This document shows, piece by piece, positions 55,557-64,000 of a stretch of DNA of 64,000 bases. Source of the DNA: Eledone cirrhosa (Eukaryota). How positions within the stretch are numbered: the first letter of the stretch is position 1; every line of letters begins with the position of its first letter. Location of the stretch: NCBI GenBank assembly GCA_964016885.1, contig OZ024747.1:17608001-17672000 (forward strand), in the 5' to 3' direction. The notes under the pieces were generated by a model. The model saw only the letters and a program-made list of their open reading frames with translations, was not told the DNA's origin and did not search any database. A program made the translations under genes and the position numbers.

Positions 55557-56458
55557 CGTTAGAACAAAGAACTAAATGCCTCTGTACTGAGGACAATCCC
55601 AACCATGTGTCCTTCAGAATCAATTATATCTACAATCGATTGTGTTCTGCCATAGAAATGTCTGATTTTGTGCTAATGTAAAAATAAATGAAATGTGTGA
55701 AAAGGCCAAATATCTTGTTCAATTCTTTACACTATTGTGTTTCATTTCTTTAGGTTCTCAATTCAACCATTCCCAGGTCTTACATATATGTGTGTGTGTG
55801 TGTGTATTTTATGCATACGAGATTGTATATTGGATAATGTGAATATAAGTATACTTACAAATTTTATATTAAAGCATTGCTGTGGAAATTAAACAAATGT
55901 AGAGTTCTTTTTCTTTGTACAGCAAAATATCGGGACTGTTCTGACTAATTGTATTTCTAGTTGAAAATCCATCAGAATAAAAGTATTCTTATTTGCTGCC
56001 CATATAGAGACACATATCTTATAGCTATTTATATGAAGCACAAATAAAATGTCAACCGAAGTAGCCTGTCTAATTCACAGAACTACGCATTCGTTACCAA
56101 GCTAGTTAATTAATTCATTTGTTAATTATTTAATTATTTAATGCACTTTACAGTGTATACTGGATACTCGGAATGTTTACTCTTTTACTAGTTCCATCCC
56201 ATGGGCTGTGATCATGCTAAGGTACCATTGTTGTATACTTACAAGTATTAAGTATAAACCTCGCTACGGAATGTAAACAAGTGTAAAGACATTTCGTATA
56301 TTTATCTTCGTTGGGGAAAATATTGGGATTGTCTTACTGTTTAATAGAAATACTAGGATTTACAAACTGAGAAACAATATATATGTATATGTATATGTGT
56401 ATGTGTGTGTGTGTGCATGTGGGTGTATGTATGTGTGGAGAATGTATACATATATATG

Positions 56459-56551
<93 letters not shown>

Positions 56552-57763
56552 GTGGGGGGGTATGCCTGTGGATGTATGTATGTGTAGCGTATGTAGATAT
56601 GTATGTATGTATGTATGTATGTATATTTGTATGTATGTATTTATGAATGTATGTATGTAAGTATGTATGTATGTGTCTCTATGTAGGTAGATAGGTTATA
56701 TGTGTGTGTGTATAGGTAGATTGGTATGTATGTACGCAGTAGACCAGGAGCAAATCTCTGCAGGGAGGTAATCCGTGACACGTTCACTTCTGAATCCAGA
56801 TTAACATTCATTCCAGCTCACTGACAGCACTAATGGCCTTCTCAATATCTTCAATATCACAATATATCTTGCTTATATCTATGACTCTGCTTTAAAAAAA
56901 AATACATCTTTTTTTATTGTTTTGTCTCGCAAGAAATCAATTGTAGAGGCGTCCTTCGTGGAAAAAAGAAGTAAGTTAAGCTGGATTACATCCTGGTTGA
57001 AGCCAGATTTCTACACTTATATTGCTTTTGAAGAAGATATATGAGCCTCATGCTATATTTATTTTCCTTCATTTTTTTTTTTTTTTTTAATCTCATATTT
57101 TATGCTTATATACCGAAGTATATCATTAAAGAATACGAGTGTTTCCAAAAAGGGAAAAAAAAGGAGACGCAGTAGGAAGATAAACAGGGAATCAGTAATA
57201 AAGAGAGTTGGAGAAAAATAGTGTGAAAAAAAGACAGAAGGATAAAGGAGTGAAGAGAAGGATGGAGTCAAGTATGGAAACAGGAAAAGATCACTTTTCA
57301 TATATCACAAACGTAAATCAATAACTATAAAATATCAATGAGGATATGTACATAGAATTATACGAGTCTTCCTAAATATAGGATTCATTTTAAGTGTTAG
57401 TGTACAGGGTAGTGTTCAATATATATCTAACTTTGTCTAAAAACCAGATATTTCTCACAGAAAGGGTTCAATAAAAAAAGAAATAAGCGAATCAAATTAT
57501 TGTAAGCTATAAAAATATTTCTACTTGGATTAAATAAAATTGATTTTAGTTGAGACGTGATAGGATGAATTTTTGTGGGCCAGCGCTACCTATATATATA
57601 TATATATACACGGTGATTAGATAGGCTGTGATATAACCACGGCTTACAGAGATGCACACCAAAACTTGTGTATGTCCGTTTCACATAAACATGCATATTC
57701 TTATATAGGCGCTTCTATTATGAGTTATGATGTGAAATACATATATATATGTATATATGTATG

Positions 57764-58145
57764 TGCTACTTTCGAGCTGACTTTTGGGCGGCTCCCGTAC
57801 AGCTCTGAGTTCTTCATCCTCAGTGTATACTGATTAATGTTCAGAGCCATCCTCAGCATTCTCGTGTAGTACCCATCCAAAAGTCAGCTCGAAAGTAGCA
57901 CAGAGGAGACTGAGGTTAGCTGGACATGCTCACCGACATTCAGAGTTGACACTGCACTCAGTGCTCCTGTGGAAGCCCCTGCATGGACATACTAGAAGAG
58001 AGAGGCCGAGGTTGACATATATTGATGCCCTAAGGACAGACACTGGTCTCTTAGAGACGCAGGACATGGCAGCGATGATGGGGGAGAGAGACCGCTGGAA
58101 AGAACCCGTCCTCGGATCTCGGGAATTTTACCACCCGCCCTAGAA
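57764..58145 (+). mobile_element. RTE-like LINE 3' end with 5' inversion
   Basis: Sense 57877-58143 encodes PKVSSKVAQRRLRLAGHAHRH..LLWKPLHG..RPRLTYIDAL. 57764-57876 is inverted. Confidence 0.8.
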
Positions 58146-58158
58146 AGATAGATGTATG

Positions 58159-58226
<68 letters not shown>

Positions 58227-58285
58227 AAAAAAGATGAAATCGAAAATGCAACTGGAGTCTTTTTTTTAAATATATTTATTTGGTT

Positions 58286-58322
58286 CCTTTACCGGTTTCG
58301 CAGTTCTTGGGCTTTTCAAAAG
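58286..58322 (-). ncRNA. Hammerhead, U3-A8 variant (second copy, stem II degraded)
   Basis: CUU UUGAAAA GCccaagaacuGC GAAA CCGG UA/AAG, in island 58222-58357 homologous to 4010-4148. Confidence 0.6.
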
Positions 58323-58356
58323 TAGAATTGAGATGGAGGGTTTGTGGTTTTTCTCT

Positions 58357-58423
<67 letters not shown>

Positions 58424-58955
58424 TCGTTTTGGAAGCCTCGACAATGCAGATGGGTAAATCTCCAGGAAACAGAATCAGCTGGTAATGAGAGAGAGAGAGA
58501 GAGAGATGTAAGAGGAAGCGTAGAAAGTGACGTAGAGAGCGTAAAAGAACGTAGGAAAAGTGTAAAAATAATAACATGAGATAGAGTTACATTGGAAGTG
58601 ATTTAATAACCCTATATTTCGGATTTCACAGCCATCAACTGGGGATTTTCCGAGGGGAAAAAGGTATGTCGGAGATTGAAAGCACGTGGCCTCCGCTGTT
58701 TATCGTGTGTGTACAACTGTTGTAAGGATGCCTTTTATCTGATAATGTTAATCTGGCATTGGTATTTCCTGGTTCGAAACAGATCTGTGTCGTATTTTAC
58801 TACGCTTTGGTTATGTCTATGGACCGTGTTAGATATGTTGTCTCCGTAATATATCTTCAATGACTTCTGACTGGGTTTTCTTTCGCAACAATTTGGTCAT
58901 TGAGCGATTACGGAACAATATGATCGATATTCTTGTTATATATATATATATATAC

Positions 58956-59011
<56 letters not shown>

Positions 59012-59034
59012 CATATTATATATATATACTTACA

Positions 59035-59341
59035 TCTATATATATAAAACTGAGGATGTCTGTCTGTATGTGTGTGAGTTTGAATCCCTAAAACTCGAGA
59101 ACCACCCAACCGACTGTTTTCAAACTTTACACATGTAATACTTATGTTTCAGGGAGTGTTCTGAGTAAAAAGAATTTCAAATTTTCAATGCCCTAAGGAC
59201 CGAATTAGGCGATTTAGCGATCTCTCTCTATAATTCTTAGTCTTTCTCTTTTTAGATAGATACATACATATAACGTCGCGCCCTTATAATATCTGTCTGT
59301 ATGTCTGACTGTCTGCATTACGTCACTTCCCTGAGGATGTA

Positions 59342-59439
<98 letters not shown>

Positions 59440-60043
59440 CGTGCGTGTGTGTGTGTGTGTGAGTTTGAATCCCTAAAACTCGAGAAATACCCAACCGACT
59501 TTTTTCAAACTTTACATGTGTATTACTTATGTTTCAGGGAGTGTTATGCACATAAATTCAACTTTTTGATGCATTAGGTGAAAAACTGCGTTGTTTCAGG
59601 TTTTTAGGGCTTTTTTGAGGCGTTACGTCAGACCGATTTCCTTGAAATTGTAACTACGTATTAGTCAGTCTCTTCTTCATACCGTGAGCAAAGAAAATCC
59701 AACTTTTTTATGGCCTAGGGCCCGCATTAGGTGAAAAACTTCATTTTTTCAGCTTCTCAGGGCTTCTTTGAGGCGTTACGTCTAGCCGATTTTCCCGAAA
59801 TTTCAAGGCATATTATGCACATAAAAAAAATTCATTTTATTGATCCCCTAGGACCCGCATTGGGTGAAAACCTGCATTTTTCCTGCTTGATCGGGGAAAA
59901 TCTTAAAGATTATCCATCCATCAGAGTATTCGGTTTATTTTCTTTACATATTGTCCAGGTGTACAGTTTTTCCATAATTAGATCTGTTGGCGGCCCGCGT
60001 TCCAAAATACCTTATCCCGTGCAACGCCGGGTACCACTGCTAG
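59035..60043 (+). mobile_element. Non-autonomous Helitron, full length
   Basis: A|TC start, CCCGtgcaacgcCGGG hairpin 8 nt before CTAG|T, no TSD. Internal duplication of the 5' ~110 bp around a (TG)n. Confidence 0.85.
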
Positions 60044-60080
60044 TATTATATATATATACATACATATTATATATATATAT

Positions 60081-60170
<90 letters not shown>

Positions 60171-60480
60171 GTTTGTATGCATATGACTATATATATTCTT
60201 ATACACATATATGTATATATATATGTGTGTGTGTGTGTGTGTGCGTACATATATGTATATATATTAATCTATTATTAGCACAGACATTGTTTGTATAAAC
60301 TTTTCATCTGTGCTAATAATAAATATTTGCTCTACGGGTTTATATATTTAATCATTCGAAGTCAGACACCTTATTCACTAGGCCACGATTATTTGTTATG
60401 TATGTATATTTTTCGGCAGACCAGTTCTGCTAGAGAAGCGTTTGTAGGTGGCCACTAGACATGACGATTAGTTGGTTCGT

Positions 60481-60659
60481 AGAAGAAGAAGAAGAAGAAG
60501 AAGAAGAAGAAGAAGAAGGAGGAGGAGGAGGAGGAGGAGGAGGAGGAGAAGAAGAAGAAGAAGAAGAAGAAGAAGAGCAACAACAACAACAACAACAACA
60601 ACAAGAAAAACAAAAACAAGAAGAAGAAGAAGAAGAAGAAGAAGAAGAAGAAGAAGAAG
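60481..60659. repeat. Compound (GAA)n(GGA)n(CAA)n repeat
   Basis: Directly visible. Confidence 0.95.
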
Positions 60660-60958
60660 GGTTTATGGTGTATACTTATATATACTTCCTTGTAGAGTCC
60701 TCTCTGGATTTTGGTCATTGTATTTACTACTACTACTACTACTATATGTAATATAATCGGTATATTTATGTGAATATGTGTCGTATGTGCGTGTGTGCAT
60801 ACAGATAGAGCTAGATAGATAAACTGACAGATATACTTTCAGTTATGTATTTTTGTATATAAATAACTAGTGTGTATATGAAAAATGAAAAAGGAATAAA
60901 TAAAAAAAAAAGTGAAATAAAATCAATTTTTATACACACACACACATATATATATATA

Positions 60959-61092
<134 letters not shown>

Positions 61093-61139
61093 AGATATAG
61101 AGAAAGATATAATTACATAAATGTCCATATGAGTACATG

Positions 61140-61198
<59 letters not shown>

Positions 61199-61224
61199 AC
61201 TTATATATGTATGTATCATAATTC

Positions 61225-61605
61225 AACATAGATTGCGCTAGAGCGGCCATGTTGTAAGAATGCCAGATCATCATTTTCCTAAGAAGTTTCTGTATGGTGA
61301 GTTAGTCAAAGGCAAACGGCCAAGATATAAAACAAAACTCAGTTATAAAAACTGCATCAAAAATTAAAGATTGCTGGGAAGACATTGCATTAGATCAATG
61401 ATCTTGGAAGAAAACAGTGCTGCATGGAAAACAGAAATTTGACAATTCCCTTGTGAAGCATGCATGCAAAATTGAAGTGGATCTGTGTAACAATCTAAAT
61501 GATATTACTTCATCTGGATTTACAGATACCCAAAAATGTCTGTGTGCACTGAGTGTGGTCGGATTTTCCCCAGTAAAGCTGGCCTTGGAAGCCGTGTACA
61601 AAAAG
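61225..61605 (+). mobile_element. Decayed RTE (BovB-like) LINE C-terminus
   Basis: RLR*SGHVVRMPDHHFPKKFLYGELVKGKRPR, WEDIALD, C-terminal zinc finger CTECGRIFPSKAGLGS. Confidence 0.75.
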
Positions 61606-63566
61606 TTGTTTTTGATTATGGTCTCTTTGGGATTTCTTCCTGTCAGAATTTCTGGAAAAGAATGTGCATTGAACGGTGTACTCTAACGTCATTTGAAAAA
61701 AAAACGTGGAATCAAAGTGTGAGTAATGGTTATCACTGTACTATATGGAGAAAGAAATCTAAGTCTTTGGCGGGGTTAAAGAAATCATGATCGTGCCAAC
61801 ATATGAGAAAAGTAATGGCAAGCTTCTTTACTCTTTGTTGATTTTATTGTTATAATGTTTTATTCACCAACTCTGGCGTTTCAATTTTACATAATAAATA
61901 TGTATTGTGATAGTATAGTTCTGTATATGCCAACTTCATTGTTTATTCATTTTATATTTGATACCTAATGATACTGTATTTGATGCTAGATTTAACGTAG
62001 GTGTTTTTTTTTTTTTTTATTAGGCTCTTTCTTTCAGGAAAACCTGTACTGAATTTTTATTGACTTGTCTACAGCCCACATGTATATGAATATTAAATGT
62101 ACCTTTTGATCAGTGGAGTTGAAAAAGTGAAAGCCTAAGCGTGAATGTTTTACCAGCTAGAAACAACGAGTAAATCGCCCTCAAATAAAGAAACAATAGG
62201 GCGATTACATGGACGATGTGACCCTAGATACATTACGTAAGGCTAGGGTTACTTTGATCACAGGCCTACTCAATCAGGGCTGATAAAAACTAAAATTTTC
62301 ACTGGCAAATGAAAAGAATTTGCACCGATATCTTTGGTTTTGCTGTTTATTTATTTGTAGTTCCACAATGTCTATTCACTACAAGACAGACATGACAGGC
62401 ATAAAGACATTCAGACATTCATCGTGTTTTGTATATGTGTTTGTTTGTCTTTGTTTGTGTATTCGTGTATACATACACACACACATACATATATATATAT
62501 ATACACACATATATATATACACATACAATATAGACACAAACACATATATATAGTTTACATAATTTACATAAATCTTTCGTTGCACATCTGCAACATCATC
62601 AGTGGTGTTATATTCATTGTTCCTCCTGTTGTGTTGTATGTCTACGCCATTTTTTATTCAGTCTGTATATATACACACATATATATATACACACATACAC
62701 ACATATATATACACACACACATACATATATATATATATACACACAGAGGTATCCACAAAGTGCACATATCCACCTCTCACTATATATGGTGCGGATATGT
62801 CCACTTTGTAATCTATAAAATGTATGTGTTTTAACTATGCCAACATGTATTTATCTGAGGTTGATTATTTATGCATAAACATACTTGATAGTATTTTAGA
62901 GCGTATCATATGCTGTATTATACTAAGTTCAATTTACCACACCGTACTATATTGTGTTGGTTAAGTTGTATATTATCGCATGTATTTCATTATCTTATTA
63001 TAATTTTCATCTTTTAATATACTATCTTTCCTAGCCATAACTTTAATTTATATTCACCTAAAAACTCAATACAACACTAATCACCATTTATTTTGACATT
63101 CTTTTTAACTTCACTATACCAGATACATTCAACTATCAGTTTGACAATCCCTTTCCTCCTAATAGATTTGTATGCCAATTCTACTATTGACACCATTCAA
63201 CCATTCCTTTCAAAGGGTCATGACCTCAACTAAAGTGTATTACTTTTCATCTGAACACCATATGAAAAAAACAATTTGATTCGTTAGTTCTTCAACAACC
63301 TCCAAATAAGGACATGATACTAACATACTACTAATTCTGAATAAAATTATTATTGCTTTTGAAAACAGCTGGTGATATGCATGTAAGTAAATATTCTCTT
63401 TATCTGATATTTTGTAACTAACCTTACATAGATGAATAACGGAGTATAGCTACAATGTATTATCATTAGCTAGAAACGATCGTAAAGCAGTGAAGTATAT
63501 CTCTAATGACTTGATTTTTTATTTCATTGTTTTAACTTATATATATATATAGAGAGAGAGAGAGAG

Positions 63567-63648
<82 letters not shown>

Positions 63649-63715
63649 TTATATATATATATAGAGAGAGAGAGAGAAAGAGATTATATACATGTACATA
63701 TATATGTGTGTATGC

Positions 63716-63809
<94 letters not shown>

Positions 63810-64000
63810 GTTTGTGTGATTGTGATTGTGTGTGTGGGGGGGTGCGAGTGGGCGGGTGGTATATGAGGTTTTGTGAAAAATATCAACATGTATTTATCTC
63901 TTTAATGCCAAGTTCTGGTGAGATAAGTTAGTTTCTAGAATTTTCAATCATCAGCACATCTAACAAATATGTCATTATCTTTCTTAACATGTCCGCTCAA

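Noticed and set aside
58739-58792. CTGATAA..GAAACAGATCTGTG as a hammerhead
   Set aside because: Unpaired 3-8 positions, G at the cleavage position and no stem I.
60455-60756. Poly-E/G/Q/R ORFs
   Set aside because: Compound trinucleotide microsatellite.

Overview
AT-rich eukaryotic intergenic or intronic DNA. It is most likely octopus/coleoid, inferred from the tRNA-derived SINE family and the very high (TA)n/(CA)n/(CATA)n load. I cannot support any host protein-coding exon, and nearly all long ORFs in the track are microsatellite artefacts. The real coding content is retroelement: two Penelope-like elements (RT + GIY-YIG, CxCx5C linker typical of the Naiad clade), a young CR1-group LINE, two R4/Dong-type REL LINEs in a (CATA)n array, a Tx1/L1-type LINE, and RTE and CRE 3' ends. 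There are also two non-autonomous Helitrons, hAT and Tc1/mariner MITEs, a decayed hAT transposase and more than 12 SINEs. The most striking signal is not in the ORF track. The short unique islands between (TA)n arrays carry about 21 hand-folded type I hammerhead-ribozyme motifs from at least 9 sequence families. These include non-canonical cores (UUGAAAA, CCGAAGA, CAGAAGA) and one with a 70-nt branched insertion in stem II. Many sit in fold-back (inverted-repeat) mini-elements, one a perfect 203-bp palindrome. All folds were done by eye and catalytic activity is untested.
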